DNA of 64,000 nt, taken from positions 13,827,834 through 13,891,833 of the forward strand of contig CM082579.2 of NCBI GenBank assembly GCA_040954595.2. The letters run 5' to 3'. The notes beneath the pieces were generated by a model. The model was not told the origin of the DNA. It searched no databases and worked only from the letters and a program-made list of their open reading frames with translations. This DNA is from Balanoglossus misakiensis. Its lineage: Eukaryota; Animalia; Hemichordata. The first letter of the stretch is position 1; every line of letters begins with the position of its first letter. A program made the position numbers and the translations under genes. Positions 50,701 through 64,000 of this stretch are shown piece by piece.

Positions 50701-53700
50701 TGTGTTGATGGAAAAGTTGAATGAAGCCAAGTGCTTTCCTGTGCTATTCCCAACAGGGTCACCCACATTTCACGATGACCGAGAGGTTAGGATAACAATA
50801 GGACGATACCTGCAAGGTCGTGTAATGAATGCAAGTAACAGATTTTCAAAAAGCACAGACTATATATTTTATGCGCAATATCTGTCAGAAATGAACCAGG
50901 TTGTATCCAATGTGTCAATTGCTTTGAGGAAAGGAACTGCTAATGCTTGTGGCAAAAAAGTGACATCTGATGTTTTAAGTGACAGTGAATCTTTGAAACA
51001 GATTTTGAAGTCTGATGAAGGCTATAAGTTTTTAAAACCTATAAGAGGAACTCCTCCTTATTGGCAAGCAACACAAAAAGACCTGTTTGCAATGATCAGA
51101 CAGTTGGGTATCCCAACATGGTTTTGCTCATTTTCTGCTGCCGATTTACGGTGGAAAGAAGTTATTGAGACTATACTTCGTGGAGAACGAGATGTACGTA
51201 ATGTTGAGGATCTTGATTGGTCTGAGAAATGTGCTATCTTGAGACGAAATCCTGTAACAGCAGCCAGAATGTTTGATCACAGATTTCATTGTTTTCTGAG
51301 AGAAGTCATCATGTCACCAGCCAATCCTATTGGAAATATCAAAGATTATTTTTATCGAGTCGAGTTTCAACAACGAGGCTCACCACATACACACTGCCTA
51401 TTTTGGGTTGAAAATGCACCAAAGGTTGATAGAGATACTGATGAAGATGTAGTTGATTTTGTTGACAGATATGTAACATGTCAAATGCCTTCTGTTGAGG
51501 AGGATGAGGAATTGCAAGAGATTGTGAATAAAGTTCAGAAACACAGCTCAAGGCACTCCAAATCTTGCAAGAAAAAGGGCACTAGATGCAGATTCAACTT
51601 TCCACGACCACCATCAAAGAAAACGTTCATATGCCGTCCTGATATAGATATAGAAATGACAGGTGAAGGTGAGAAGTCAAACCTTGATGACGATAATGCA
51701 ACACTTGAAGAGAAATGTCAAAGTGACACGACTCAGTTAATTGATAATGTGATGAGCCAGATGGCTGCTAGGAATATTCTAGAAAAAGTGTGGACATGCC
51801 TGCATGACAAAGAGAAACAGATTGATTCGGTTGATGCACTGTTTAATGAAGTCAGCATTTCTCAGGAGATGTTTGAGAAAGCACATGCAATTTTGGCAAG
51901 GAAAACAAGTGTTGTATTAAAGCGTGAACCAAATGATGTTTGGGTGAACCAATATAATGCCAACCTTCTCCGTTGCTGGGATGCAAACATGGACATTCAG
52001 TTTGTTGTGGATGCTTATGCCTGTGTTGTGTACATTGTGTCATATATCTCTAAGGCAGAGAGAGAAATGGGTTTACTGCTGGAAAATGCACAGAGAGAAG
52101 CAAACAAAGAGGGAAATGTGGATGCTAAATCTGCACTGAAACAATTAGGCAGTGTTTATCTGCACAACAGAGAAGTAAGTGCTCAAGAGGCTGTATATAG
52201 ACTGTGTGGATTGAAACTGAAGCAATCATCTCGAAAAGTCCAGTTCATTCCAACTGGAGAAACCCCTATCAAAATGAGTTTGCCATTGAGTGTAATACGT
52301 AGCAAAATGACAGGAGATGATTTCAATGAGGATGATATCTGGTACAATAGCATTGTAGACAGATACAAGAACAGACCAAATGATGACGAGTTTGACGACA
52401 TGTGTCTTGCGACATTTTGTTCAGAATATCGAATAGTGTCAAAATCAGAAGTGACAAATACCACCACTGAGAAACGTGCAAATCCAATAGTCAAGTTGGA
52501 AAATGGTGCAGGTTACATGCAAAAAAGATCTCGAACTGATCCAGCTGTCATTAGATATGCAAGATTTTCTGTGACCAAATTTCCAGAAAAGTATTACCGC
52601 ACTATGTTAGAACTCTTCTTGCCACACTGGGTTGATTCCCAATTGAAACCAAATGGGTTTGAAACATATGAAAATTTCTATTCTGCGGGTGCAGTGAAGT
52701 GTGGATCTGCTTCTATACAAACAGTGAAAGTCATAGTAGATGCAAATAAAGCAATGTTTGAGAAAGAGGCTGATGCCGTTGATTTAGCTGAAGAGCTCCT
52801 TGAAGGAAGTGGTCCTCTGGAGGACGCATGGGCCCAAATCTGTCCAGAAAGTGAAATAGACAGATTAGAATGCATTGATGAACGTCAACAATTGCCTGAT
52901 GATGATGTAAATGAGGAGGATATTCCAGATTTGGTGCACAAACCAAAAGGTGATTGCCACATAGAAATTTCTACCTCTGAAGTAAGGAGGGCTGATGTTC
53001 AAGCAATGTGTAGGTCACTGAACAGGAAACAGGCAGAAGTCTTTTATAATGTCAGACAGTGGTGTCTGGATAAAAGCAATGGCAAGAACCCAGAACCTTT
53101 TTATTTGTTTGTCAGTGGTGGTGCTGGCACAGGGAAAAGCCATTTAATCAAAACCATATATCATGAAGCCAAACGAATTCTATCTCGTGTAATGGCTAAC
53201 CCAGATGAAAAATCAATACAGGTAACAGCCTCAACTGGAGTTGCAGCATTTAATGTAGGAGGTGAAACTCTCCATCATGCATTTTCAATAGCAGTAGACT
53301 CAAAACTACCATATGAGCCACTACGTGAAGAAAAACTCAACACTCTTCGTTCCAAATTGGGAAATCTTCAGATTTTAATAATAGATGAGATTTCTATGGT
53401 AGACAGAAAATTATTTCACTACGTACATGGACGATTACGACAAATCAAACAAACACCAAGTGGTTCACCATTTGGAAATGTGTGTGTTATTGCTGTAGGT
53501 GACTTTTATCAGCTGCCACCTGTGAAAGCAAGTCCACTGTGTGTGGAAAATGATGCCATCAATATGTGGAATAATTTCACAATTGTGGAACTCACTGAAA
53601 TAATGAGACAAAAGGACTGTGCATTTGCAGAAGCACTAAATAGAGTAAGAATTCACAAGAAAGGGCACACACTGAGTGCAAATGATCTAGAAATGTTCAA

Positions 53701-55099
53701 TAACCGTGTGACTGGTGAAGCATCTGAGGCAATTCACATCTTTGCTACAAATGCAGAAGTTAACAATTGCAATATCACAATGCTACATTCCTTGTGCTCT
53801 GATCCTGTATGTATTGAAGCACAAGATTTTAGTAAGAATACTAAGACTGGGAAACTCCAAAGAAAGGAAGGCCATCATGCCAAGGTCTATAGGACCACTT
53901 TACCAAAGACTCTCACTCTAGCTAAGGGTGCACGAGTGCAACTGACACAAAATATTGATGTCTCTGATGGATTGGTGAATGGTGTATTTGGATCAGTATG
54001 TCACATTGATGTGAAACCAAATGAAAGCTTTCCAACTGCTGTTTATGTTGTATTTGACAATGTGAAAGTTGGCCAAGGATTGCGAAACAAGAACCGTGTA
54101 AATATATCTGACCTTCCTGAAAACACCACCCGTATAGAACCTCAGGAAATGTCTGTTGCAAGTAATGGTGGTATTAGGAGACAATTTCCTCTGAAACTAG
54201 CATGGGCATGTACAGTGCATAAGGTACAGGGATTAACAGTTGAAAAAGCTGTTGTCAGTTTAAAGAAGATGTTTGCACCAGGACAGGCATATGTTGCATT
54301 GAGTCGAGTGACATCATTAGATGGGCTAATAATTGATGAATTTAAGACATCTTCTATATATTGCAATGAAAAGGTTCACGCAGCCTTGGAAATGATGCCA
54401 AAGTTTGTTGACGGGTGCTTTGAGCAATTACAGCCAAACTATAGATGCTCTTTTATACTTCATAATGTTGAAGGTCTTCTGAACCACATGGAAGATATTC
54501 GTAGTGGCAAGGAATACTTGGAGTCAGACTTTATTTGTTTGACGGAAACATGGCTAACTGAGAACCAGACAAAATGTGATGTGATAGTGAATGGATTTGA
54601 ATTCAGTCACAAGCCTCGGTCAAAATCGTATAACAACTTTGATATGAATACTTCACAGTTGCAGTTGCAACATCATGGTGGTGTTGGCGTCTACATGAAA
54701 GGAAGTCAATCTGTTGAAATTTTGGATTTGCCTGTTATTAATTTGGAATATCTTACATTTTATGTCAAAGATATCAATACAGTGGTAGCAGTAATTTACA
54801 GACCATCATCCTATAAACCAGTCGAATTCAGGAAAAACCTACTTCTGTTGGTGAAGAAAATGTCAAAGTATTCAGGTGCTGCAGTGATCATGGGTGATTT
54901 CAATGAAAATATTTTAACCTCGTCATCTCTTGTGAAACTCATGCAAGACCATGGTTTCAAGCAACACGTGAGCAAACCAACCACAGAAGCTGGTACATTG
55001 ATTGACCATGTGTATGTGAAAGGAACAGGAAAGGTGGAAGTCCACATTGTGCCAAAGTACTTCAGTTTTCATGAAGCCATCAGCATTAAGATCTATTGA
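47762..55099 (+). CDS. Helentron polyprotein: OTU protease, Zn-binding region, HUH Rep, PIF1 helicase, APE endonuclease (2445 aa)
   Basis: [15 protein letters not shown] (OTU); [12 protein letters not shown] (HUH); [38 protein letters not shown] (PIF1); LTETW, YRP, GDFN, IDHVY (APE). Confidence 0.97.
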   Translation: MPRSRNWRKKRSQMKEDAALSKNSFDMTEDAALSKNSFDMTEDAALSKNSFDMTEDAALSKNSFDMTEDAALYNLSDNTLRGASLRCSKDQNCETSLRGSNLRCSKGQNFETSLRGTNESRVPANGDIVTYVNGNLQIEKAVDIAHKRNDNECILHNVTANEFLFSPVTTTICQELCCKLHIKYGNKVEMLDEIHSVEIGEPCNIKSIVGDGNCLFRALSYAISGSERNHAVMRKAIVNHMIANDSAYFGWLDPDQGYTSVADYIAKSRMNCLTIWGSENEILAAADLLQTDIYVYSSGTWLRHYCNAINKSNVDKGVGIYLNHRNRDHFEIVKSVKTPEMVTSDSTHIECVELVSSEGMTNEFHNEADSGSCVPLKSPLDKKGNFHLSDETESVTKGRGKRPAMSERLRKKIRKQKYECNETTAKSCRAISESELYHSNSQYRETKKLKSRQHYHQIRESKKQKMKDLYEQNADYRDAKKTQSRVKYEQNPDLREAKKARIRVNYEQNPDFREAQKARIRVNYEQNPDFREAQKARIRVNYEQNPDFREAQKARIRVNYEQNPDFREAQKARIRVNYEQNPDFREAHKAEMSKKLSKQYHTDIGFREAKKAKLVEKYEQNDLYRECKKAQSIQRYENDPHYKDNALKRSRCQMIQNDIDKQNVQHVIANFRNTASEGPNCVCSVCHRRLFRKQVIVCNKDKYYSNRITSDIAVKCISEEYVHKCASTCMADCPLKNNAASKLWICFTCHRKLLRGEMPVQAVANNLHVTSVPPELKCLNSLEQHLIALNIPFMKMLALPKGGQNGVHGPVVCVPSDIKKATNILPRNEFDDQMIRVKLKRKLSYKGYYEYQFVNKRHIQNALEYLQTNNQYYSDITFNMNWKNTLEKTEEVISDAESESEKSNTKSNDENNEKTKGNVSDTESNDVSSDTEDNNVSNKDTNGILMDTCLQPIDIGQDILDYHFEDISCVAPAEGNKPVSVLMEKLNEAKCFPVLFPTGSPTFHDDREVRITIGRYLQGRVMNASNRFSKSTDYIFYAQYLSEMNQVVSNVSIALRKGTANACGKKVTSDVLSDSESLKQILKSDEGYKFLKPIRGTPPYWQATQKDLFAMIRQLGIPTWFCSFSAADLRWKEVIETILRGERDVRNVEDLDWSEKCAILRRNPVTAARMFDHRFHCFLREVIMSPANPIGNIKDYFYRVEFQQRGSPHTHCLFWVENAPKVDRDTDEDVVDFVDRYVTCQMPSVEEDEELQEIVNKVQKHSSRHSKSCKKKGTRCRFNFPRPPSKKTFICRPDIDIEMTGEGEKSNLDDDNATLEEKCQSDTTQLIDNVMSQMAARNILEKVWTCLHDKEKQIDSVDALFNEVSISQEMFEKAHAILARKTSVVLKREPNDVWVNQYNANLLRCWDANMDIQFVVDAYACVVYIVSYISKAEREMGLLLENAQREANKEGNVDAKSALKQLGSVYLHNREVSAQEAVYRLCGLKLKQSSRKVQFIPTGETPIKMSLPLSVIRSKMTGDDFNEDDIWYNSIVDRYKNRPNDDEFDDMCLATFCSEYRIVSKSEVTNTTTEKRANPIVKLENGAGYMQKRSRTDPAVIRYARFSVTKFPEKYYRTMLELFLPHWVDSQLKPNGFETYENFYSAGAVKCGSASIQTVKVIVDANKAMFEKEADAVDLAEELLEGSGPLEDAWAQICPESEIDRLECIDERQQLPDDDVNEEDIPDLVHKPKGDCHIEISTSEVRRADVQAMCRSLNRKQAEVFYNVRQWCLDKSNGKNPEPFYLFVSGGAGTGKSHLIKTIYHEAKRILSRVMANPDEKSIQVTASTGVAAFNVGGETLHHAFSIAVDSKLPYEPLREEKLNTLRSKLGNLQILIIDEISMVDRKLFHYVHGRLRQIKQTPSGSPFGNVCVIAVGDFYQLPPVKASPLCVENDAINMWNNFTIVELTEIMRQKDCAFAEALNRVRIHKKGHTLSANDLEMFNNRVTGEASEAIHIFATNAEVNNCNITMLHSLCSDPVCIEAQDFSKNTKTGKLQRKEGHHAKVYRTTLPKTLTLAKGARVQLTQNIDVSDGLVNGVFGSVCHIDVKPNESFPTAVYVVFDNVKVGQGLRNKNRVNISDLPENTTRIEPQEMSVASNGGIRRQFPLKLAWACTVHKVQGLTVEKAVVSLKKMFAPGQAYVALSRVTSLDGLIIDEFKTSSIYCNEKVHAALEMMPKFVDGCFEQLQPNYRCSFILHNVEGLLNHMEDIRSGKEYLESDFICLTETWLTENQTKCDVIVNGFEFSHKPRSKSYNNFDMNTSQLQLQHHGGVGVYMKGSQSVEILDLPVINLEYLTFYVKDINTVVAVIYRPSSYKPVEFRKNLLLLVKKMSKYSGAAVIMGDFNENILTSSSLVKLMQDHGFKQHVSKPTTEAGTLIDHVYVKGTGKVEVHIVPKYFSFHEAISIKIY

Positions 55100-58000
55100 A
55101 ACACATCATTGTAATATGTGTAACATGGTTATCTGAGAAGCAAATACAATGTGAGATACCAGAGAATGGATTTGAATTCAATCACCCGCCTCTGTCAAAA
55201 TCATATAATGAATTTGATGCAACTATGCAAAATATGTTACTGTGTTGAAATTAACATCATTGAGGCATTATGCATATAGTAATTAAAACCCGTGTTACAT
55301 ACAACTGGTAAGAGGGAGGGATAATGGGGTTTGAGACTTACGGGTCCCCATTGGGAGATTGTTGGGCTGGGGGGGGGGGGTGTAAACAAATTAATATGTT
55401 ACTGTTAGGTTACCCTGGTGCTAATTGTCACATTTGATATCAAACTGTTACTGTTTTTGTGTTATGGGAAACTAATGTATTTGATTGTCTATCATTTCAG
55501 AGGCATTTCTTTGACATGGCTGCAGTGATTTATTGAAATGACATGGTTCACATGCAATCAATTACATGGATCATGATATTATAATGTTGTAGGTCATTGT
55601 GCAGACATACCTGCTTATTGATGTATTTCACACAACAATTTATAATGTGCTACAAAAAAAGACATCAGTGGTGGCATGGCCATTTATGATTTTTGATGCA
55701 TGTGACTTTTACGTAAATATACCAAAAATCTTGTGTTCACACTGGATGTGACCATGTTGTTGTGATGTTATCCATTATACCGTATGCACCTGACTGTCAT
55801 TTTATTTATTCAAGAACTGTCAATTGAAATATATATTTCACCTGATTTCATCAAAACTCACAGTTGTTAGTCCTACGTGAATGTACATGTATGTCATAAT
55901 TCCAACCTGACACGTTGTCACTGTTATTAGCAGACATGCTATCAAAAGTCAGTAATAACAGTCTCAATAACCTATTTTGCATTACTGCTTACACAGTGTT
56001 CTCCACAGAATTTTTAGAAAGCCTGGTTGAGAATTTACATAACAATACAATCAATTGTTATTTTAATTAAGTTATATTGTCTTCTCAAAATTAAAGATTG
56101 TTGGCCACCATGCTGTAATTGCTCTGGGGAGAACACTGTGCTTACATATTTGGAGCAGCATCTGATCCTAAGTATACAGACAACAACATTTTGAATATAT
56201 GCAGATTTCAATATCCATGTGCATACTAGAATGAGTGTCAGTACTCTTACAATGGAGGACTGTAGAATAGATGGATGTAGCATCTGTTTATGATTCAAGT
56301 TAGTCATATTTATTATGCAGCCTTAATCAGAGGTTCACACTATGTTTTGTGTAATACCCATCAGTAAGGCCAAATAAACAAACATTTCTAGGCTTATTTA
56401 AAGAATCCATTGTAAATTTCAAGTTAATCATGACAAATATGTAAAAATTGCAAATATTAAATCTTTATACAGATCTTAGTCATTTACCAGGTCATTTTCA
56501 TTCTGCTGACAATGAAATGGAAATTGGTAAATGGTGCATTGGAAATTCCGTAAGAAGAAGTTGAATTTACACGTAACTATGATTACACGATTGAATATTA
56601 TGAATGGATTTTTTATCTCACTGTATGTAAAGTACCATTTGGGGAAATGTGTTAAACACATAGTTTGATTTATAATTGGTAAAACATTAGCACCAGGGTA
56701 GCCTAGGTTTATAAATGTTTAATGTCATGTTGAAATTTTTGAAATCAATTTTTTCTCCATTTTCCCTATGTTATCTACTTGGTGACTACATATAATACCA
56801 CAGTCTACCATTGCGTCTGTCAGGCTGTCATGAATGATTTAATACACTGAAGTTAAATTCATTTACAGACATTTGTGAAGTGATTTTAATATAGTATGTT
56901 TGAGTGCATAAGGTTTGCTTTCACAAAACAATACAAATTGCCCAGGAAAGAATCAATTTTTAGAAATACATGCACCAAGAAAAACATCCTGGAAATGGCA
57001 ATCCTGAAATTATCATTGATATCTGGTATTCAGACTTGTATTCTGTGAATCATCATGCAGTAGCAATAACTGAACCATTGTGTATAAAGCAAACACTGCA
57101 TGTACACTGAAATACATTAACTATCGCTTTAATCCCGAACATTTAGAATGAGCATGGTTATTTACAGATCCAAAGTAACCTACAAATACCGACACTACAA
57201 ATTCTGCAGCACGGACGTGTCATTCGCCAAAATGTAGTAGTTATTTAATTTACATGTCTTTATATTTATTTGCTAGTTATGGAGAATCTCTTATACACCA
57301 CACTGCACAAAGGAAACTGACTTTCATACTAGTACTACACTATAGTATAAATGTATTAATTATTTCCAAAAATTTCCACAGCACTGATAGCAAGAACTTA
57401 TGTAACTGTATTCATACCTTGACGTTTATAAAAGTGTAATATATAAGTGCATGTAATCAGGAATTATTGTTATCAGTTTTAAATGTCTTATTCCATATGC
57501 TATTATTGTCAAGAGGTGATTTATATTCATGACCTGCACTAACCTATACATGTACTTAGAATACCATATGTATTGAGTGACAGTTGTGTTCAACAATTAT
57601 GGCTTTAAACATTCATGTAACTCTAACCTGGTAGTAACTATACAGATCTTGGTCTTTTTTGTTACTGAACAGAGAGCTAACAGTGGGCTATCTTAATGAT
57701 AAGCACACTCGAATCAGATTAAGAATTGTTTTCCAGAATAATGTCACCTGTCATCACCCAACAATGATTTACTTTTATAGTGTCAGGAGATATTTTTATA
57801 TGTTGAACATTTTCCAGAAGGTCCACTGTAGTGCACTACTTACGTCAGTGTAATGATTACATAAGATTCCATGTCAGTTGAAATGACTGGGTTCTTTCCA
57901 TTTGTATAGTGATATGTTTACACCTGGTATTTACTACTTAGGTGAAGTTGATGACCTAGTAGTCTGATGAACTTAAGTGCAAACAATAGAAATTTAAATA

Positions 58001-58689
58001 CACACTTCAAGCAGTCCAATCAATTCTGGGTAGGTTTCAGTGGGATTTGTCAGTAGACTTTCACAACTCACTGGGAGTGCCTACAAGACTGAACTCTACT
58101 AGTTTTCTGTGTCACTCCAATCTGTTCACTAGTTCAGCAAATTGCAGTCCAGAAAATCTAGGAACTGTTCATTCTTCAGCAAGTCCATTATGGAAGGGAT
58201 GCCACATCTCCAACATTGCAATCTTTGTAGACCTACCAACCTATTGTATTCATCACATCGAGCAATTCAAGTCTTACACATTCGCGCTTCTAGCTAATCC
58301 TCTACACCCCTCAACTCGGACTTCACCTGGGATCAATTCTTTGGCATGCTTCGTGCATGGAATGTTTACAAGACAAGATATATGGGACTGAATTTAGACA
58401 ATATGTGATAGCTTTCGTGTAGGTTTATTCTACAATACTCGTTCAATATAGTTTTTCAGTGAAATTATATTATAAACATAATTTATAGTTATACATGTAC
58501 TTTATAAAATAAACATAATTCAATTTGTGTCAGTGTGGTCTTCTTTCTACCCCAATATTCTACCCTGGCCAGTAATTTTTGGTTAGGAATAAATTACATC
58601 GCAATGTGGCATTTGACCATTTTGTGACACATACCTGTTGTTTTTTAGGTACACAATGCAATTGATAATATAAGTTGACCTGGAATGAG

Positions 58690-59990
58690 ATATGCACATA
58701 ATTACTTAGGCAAAGTGTAAGACTGCAGTAGGTGTTTCATCCCTCCATATGCCAAGGCTCTATTTGCTGATCCAGCCTCAGGATGCTGAGATATGGGGGA
58801 AAGGTGCAAGGTCTCCTGAGGAATATAAATGTTGACCCCATACTGGTCAATGTCCAACAAAAACCAAACCTCCAGCCGTATTGGTAAGCCAGGAATTGGA
58901 TATGAGCAGAATTAATGAGGTAATGTGTAAGGTGTTCAATCCCTCCAAATACCAAGGCTCTGTCTGCTCTGGTTGTAGAGATGTAGGGAAAGTTCATCAA
59001 AGGTCACCCGAGGTAACCTGAAATTCCAGCAAAATTGTGACCCCGTACTGTTCCATGTCCAACAAAAACCAAACCTCCAGCCCTATCTGTTAGCCTTTAA
59101 TTAGGTATACACCTAAATGATGAGTGAAGCAGTTGTAACAGGTGACCCTAAAATTGGGCTGTGTTATTTGGTCCCTGGCATGCAGGGCTCACTGGTCAAT
59201 AGACTCTTGCATAAAAAACTAAGTCGTAGCCCTATAGGTTAGCCTTGAATTAGATATGCAGAAAAATGAAGTGTCAAAAGTAGGTCAAAGGTCATTGCCA
59301 AAATTAGCGAAATATTTGGGTCATGTCCTGGCTGCGGTAGTACCCATGTGCACAAAATTCATGACTGTGGTGCTTTTACAACAGGAGGTATGGGGAATAT
59401 GCATATGGCTGTATCTGCTGTGGATACCAAGATATGGGAAAGTTGGTCAAAGGTCACCTGAGGTCACCCCAAATTTGGGCCAAAAATTCGGACCCCATAC
59501 TAGTCTAGGTCCAACAAAAACCAGACCCCTAGCTCTATTGGTTCGCCTAGAATTAGGTAGGCACATAATTAATGAGGTCTTGTGTAAGACTCCATATGTG
59601 CTCCATCACCCCCCCCCCCCCCCAAAAAAAAAAGAAGCCAGGACTCTAACTGCTGTGGATGCTGAGATATGGGAAATTAGATCAAAGGTCATCCAAGGTC
59701 ACCCAAAATTTGGGCATACAATTTTGACCCCAGAGTGGACCATGTCCAACTAAAACCAGACCTCTAGCCCTATTGGTTAGCCTTGAATTAGATATGCAGA
59801 AAAATGATGTTTCACAAATAGGTCAAGGGTCATTGCCAAAATTACCAAAATATTTGTGTCATGTCCTGGCAGCATTGGTACCCATGTCCACAAAATGCAT
59901 GACTGTGGTGCTTTGGCAAGAGGAGGTATGGGGAATATGCATATATAATTAGTTGTTTTAAAACTGGGTCAAAGGTCATGTGAAAATTGC
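58690..59990. repeat. Helentron subterminal degenerate repeats, also present at 43110-43340
   Basis: GGCTGTATCTGCTGTGGAT.CCAAGATATGGG..GGTCAAAGGTCACCTGAGGTCAC at ~43121 and ~59407; ~59230-59400 repeated at ~59765-59940. Confidence 0.75.
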
Positions 59991-60708
59991 CCCGAAAAAT
60001 TGTGACAACCTCCGGTCATATGATGACTCATATCCAGAAAAATAATTTTCGTGCTGTCAATATTTTGGCTACAAAACGGAATTTTCATTTTTCAATGGTT
60101 TTCCGAAAATCCAACATGGCCGCCATAATGATCGACCAATCACAGTGCGCTTCGCAAACTTGATAGATATAGGTTAGATGACCACATACCCCAAATCCCG
60201 TGATTCGGCAATCGCTGGTTCTGGAGAAGAAGATTTTAAAAGTTTTAAGTAGTTTTTCAGAAAAACAATTGTAGCAAAAAAACTTTATGTGTGACGTCAT
60301 GATTTCAATGAGGTAAAATGATGCACATAAGGTAGGCTACCTGCACACCAAATTTGAACTCGATAGGCCCAGTGGTTTTTGAGAAGGACTCGTTTAACGA
60401 TTTTCAGGAAATCCAATATGGCCGCCAGGTCACGTGACTAATTAAATATTCACGAGCCACTGCACGTCTACTCATTGGCCCCTATCATCCCACCAAGTTT
60501 CAGCCCCCTAGGTGCTGCCGTTTTCCAGATCTACCTGGCCGAAAATCTCAGAAGAAGAAGAATAATAATAATAATAAAGAAGAAATATTCCAACAATACC
60601 AATAGGGGCACAAGCCCGATAGGCTTGTGCCCCTAACAAGTCAATGTCTTTGCTGGTAATCTTGTGGTGAAGGCGTGTATTTTGAGTTGTTGATGTAGAG
60701 TTGACCAT

Positions 60709-61481
60709 TTACGAACTTGACTTTCTTTTTTTCGTTGTACGGAGGCTTTGCTTGACTTTATAGTCCGCTGGGCACAAGTCTGGTTTGACAAAAATGTCCG
60801 TACCTCTGAAAGCCGTACGCCAGTTTCTCAGTAGTTCACTCCGCTGTACTCGAAGAGGGAGTTTAACGATGATATGCCTCGGTTTGCCAGATTTACTGCG
60901 AGTGTCTTTCACACTTGGACTGCGTTGGGCACTGTCAATCAAAATGTCCGCCATCTTGAACTTTTCTGCAGCGAGTCTCTTTATGGTTTCAATGCAATTT
61001 CATCATCTTTTTAGGGTATGCCTCCAATACGGAGATTGTAGTTTCGGGAGTATCTTTCAAGCCTTGTCACCGAACTCTCAACTTGTTCATTTCTTTTGGT
61101 AAACTCCTCTAATTTTGTTTGAAGTTTCTGAAAATCTGCCTTCAACTCCACGTTCTCTCCCTTCAGCGTATCTATGTCGTCATCTGCATACTGCATGGCC
61201 TTTTCAAGTTCAGTGTATTTCGTTTCAACAAGTTTCATTCTTTCAGATAGCTTTCGTTGTTCAGTTATAATCGTTGAAACCCGGTCAGATATCGAGCCCA
61301 CTTTCTCCTCTAAGTTCTGCAGACATTCCTTCATTAAGGCTTTCAGCGAGTCACGAGAGAAGCCACTCTCACCTTCTCGCACGCACGGTTCTGATGTACC
61401 GCCGCCATCTTTGAAGTACGCTGCGATGTCTTGGTTGTCCGTACCGACTTTTTTGCTCTTATTTCGGGTTGCGTTTGCCAT
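60709..61481 (-). pseudogene. L1/Tx1 ORF1 (coiled coil + RRM-like), frameshifted
   Basis: Heptad region then LERYSRNYNLRIGGIP; IDSAQR..PRHIIVK..IFVKPDL. Confidence 0.85.
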
Positions 61482-62907
61482 ATCGCTTCCAGGTCCGCTA
61501 CAAGCGTTCTAGGTAACTTTAAATCAGTAACAGTAACGTCAAATGTTAAACCTGGTGGACTATTACCATGAAATTTCGACCTGCTTTTAGTGACGGTGTG
61601 ACCACACTGTTCACTCCAGCGCCATGACCTATGACCCCTGTAACATAACAGACATAGTAGTCAAAGTCCAGTATGTGTTTAAAATGATACCCTGGTCACA
61701 CACAGTGACAAATATCAGCCTTTGACTATTGTGTCAAATTATCTAATTTGTGCATTGTTAATAACCCACTGTGAAGTTTAGTCCAGGTAATTCTTTTTCA
61801 GTGTGGAAACATACTATACTTTGAATACATGTTGCATATGGAGTGTTGAAGGTTATAGTTGGATGCAGTTTTCCAAGCAATTAGGAAATTTTTATATATC
61901 GCTTTATACTATTTCATTGGTTGATAAACATCATGATTCTTCACGTCACGATGAAAACTGAAAAATAAAAATGTTGCTTTATATGCACCAAAAACTATTT
62001 TTTTCACCATTGCTATGAAAAATAAAGCACAAAAAACGTAACACTTTACATCTTACAGTAAAGGGCATTGCCTGTCGATGTGATACACTTTATCATATAA
62101 CTTCAAAACTGGTAGCTAGGGCAGTGTTTGCACAGAGGAGTCCCTTAAATGCCTTCGCTCATTCACACCTCTTCAGTGATGATGCCTGGATTATATTGAC
62201 ATGAAGCTGTTTGTTCAGCAGTGTTTCAACTGCCAGCCACCTGAGTTCATTTTAACACCCAAACACTGAAAATATTGTAGCAATCAATAATATAACCTAC
62301 ACGCGGGGTAAAAGTCATCGTGTTTTAAAGTTATGTTGATGCCTGATGTGCATTGTGACTCACGGGGCATGCAAGGGTAAAGCTTGTCCAAAGTTGACAA
62401 AGCAAAATACCAGACTAAGTGCCTGTTTTAAAATGTACCTCTTTCCAAGGACCTTGGTGACGAGGCATAAATTTGGGAACGTTCACGGGACCCATTTTTT
62501 CACTGGACCCGCACATGTAATTATATAACCATGAAATTGAACTGTTCCCGGGAGCTACCGAGTGTTGCCTTGTTTCACCCGCAGGTTACTAGCTAGGGTT
62601 TTTACACTGCCGGCAGTAGTTCCAAAAACTAGCTACACTGCGTAGTGATTGGTTGACTATATATGAATATGCATGAGGTCTGGTTTATAAGGTTCTACCC
62701 AGATGTAGTGCCCATGCCTTCTCACGGCGGAGCGTGACAGAGAGCATATTCCGTGTACCTCGCTCGTCATCAAGTTTTCTAGGTGGAATTCAGAATGGCA
62801 ACTACAACCACAAAAGCAACAGTTGTAACAGCACTGCAAACACCAGTTCTCAATACTTTGGCTGTGAGTAGAATGTCTACAACCAGGACTGCGACTGCCA
62901 ATACCAC

Positions 62908-64000
62908 GAGCAGAATGGGTTTCGAAGTGACAGATCATGTGAAGATCACATTTTCACGCTCACTTCCATTATCAGAAATAGGCTTTCAAATGGTCTTTCT
63001 ACTTTTGCTACTTTTATTGATTTAAAAAAAGCCTTTGATTATGTGGATAGATCTGCGCTTCTGTATAAACTATTACTCCATGGTATTGATGGCAAAATGT
63101 ATAGCAGTATTAAGACAATGTACTCTGACACCTTATCATGTGTTAAGGTAAATGATATGTATACAGACTGGTTTACTACAAACATTGGAGTAAGGCAGGG
63201 AGACAATTTGTCACCCTCTTTATTTTCATTTTTTATTAATGACTTAGCAGTTGAGCTTAAATCATTGAACAAAGGTATTTCTATTGATAACTGTAATATC
63301 TGTATATTGTTATATGCCGACGACATTGTCTTGATTTCGGATAATGAACTTGATATGCAAGCAATGCTTGACCATGTCGATGATTGGTGCTCCAAGTGGC
63401 GTCTTCTAGTTAATTGTAGTAAATCAAAAGTTGTCCATTTTAGGAAAGAAACCATGACAAAAAGTGCATTTGATTTTCATCTTGGTGTAAATTCTGTTGA
63501 ATATGCTCAGAAGTACAAATACCTTGGGATTGTATTAAGTGAATTTTTGGATTTTTCTGTTACTTCAGAAGCGTTGTCACAAGCTGCCAATAGAGCATTG
63601 GGTGCCTTGAATTCAAAAGTTAAAGTTTTGAAAAACTTTGGCTTTGAATCCTATACAAAACTATATAATGCATGTGTTACCCCTATACTAGATTACTGCT
63701 GTGCAATTTGGGGGTTCAGAAAACATGATAAATGTGATGTAGTCCAAAACCGTGCCTTAAGATTTTATTTGGGGGTTCATAGGTTTACTCCAACTCATGC
63801 AATTATAGGTGATACTGGTTGGTACTCTTGTAGAAATCGCAGACATATTAACATGATTCGTTATTGGAATAGGCTTCTGGCCATGGACGAACAAAGACTT
63901 ACAAAAAGGGTCTTCTTGTGGGACTTTGCCTTAAATGATTACAATAATTGGTCAAATGAAATCTGTCAGATTTTTGATATTTTAAACGTAGATGTGGAAA
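62908..64000 (+). mobile_element. 5'-truncated RTE-X-like LINE; RT frame open to the window end (absent from ORF track)
   Basis: Manual translation: EQNGFR..SCEDHIF, FIDLKKAFD, GVRQGDNLSP, LLYADD, YKYLG, LGVH..TP..AIIGDTGW; no stop 62908-64000. Clade call less certain than the RT call. Confidence 0.88.

Larger units (their letters stand above)
43058..60635 (+). mobile_element. Helentron (endonuclease-encoding Helitron), ~17.6 kb, likely complete
   Basis: Left end TTAAAGCTGCAAGCAGC with subterminal GGGGCACAAGC (43082-43092); right end GAA/TAA microsatellite then 14-bp stem TAGGGGCACAAGCC-CGATA-GGCTTGTGCCCCTA (60603-60635); no TSD, AA/TT at both junctions. Ends uncertain by 1-3 bp. Confidence 0.85.
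38770..61643 (-). mobile_element. L1/Tx1-clade LINE (~5.3 kb) split by the Helentron
   Basis: 12-bp TSD CATAACAGACAT at 38758-38769 and 61644-61655; A-rich tail at ~38770; ORF2 left of and ORF1 right of the Helentron on the same strand. Confidence 0.85.

Noticed and set aside
47967-55047. Short antisense and alternate-frame ORFs inside the Helentron ORF (and likewise in other pol genes)
   Set aside because: Shadow ORFs without recognisable motifs.
47762-55099. Host PIF1 helicase or giant-virus gene
   Set aside because: The OTU-Rep-helicase-APE fusion and terminal hairpin/subterminal repeat identify a Helentron.

Overview
Eukaryotic, AT-rich, gene-free repeat window, probably from an invertebrate animal (taxon not determinable). 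1-~19.1 kb is a tandem satellite of 175/192/194-bp monomers arranged as a 947-bp 5-mer higher-order repeat that degenerates toward its right edge. The edge carries a Kolobok-type foldback element (TTAA TSD) with a KolX-like remnant, an apparently intact PAT/DIRS-type tyrosine-recombinase (YR) retrotransposon with split direct repeats, a second Kolobok-type MITE and a decayed Ngaro element. Further right is a nested stack: a Mag-type Gypsy element (with an internal TIR element), an L1/Tx1 LINE inserted at the end of its 5' LTR, and a ~17.6-kb Helentron with an intact 2445-aa ORF inserted between the L1 ORFs, then a 5'-truncated RTE-X-like LINE. Top candidate for novelty: the PAT-like element appears to express gag, RT-RH-MT and YR as three alternative terminal exons, each with a phase-0 acceptor and its own AATAAA, spliced to one shared leader exon. 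All alignments were done by eye and no host gene was recognised.
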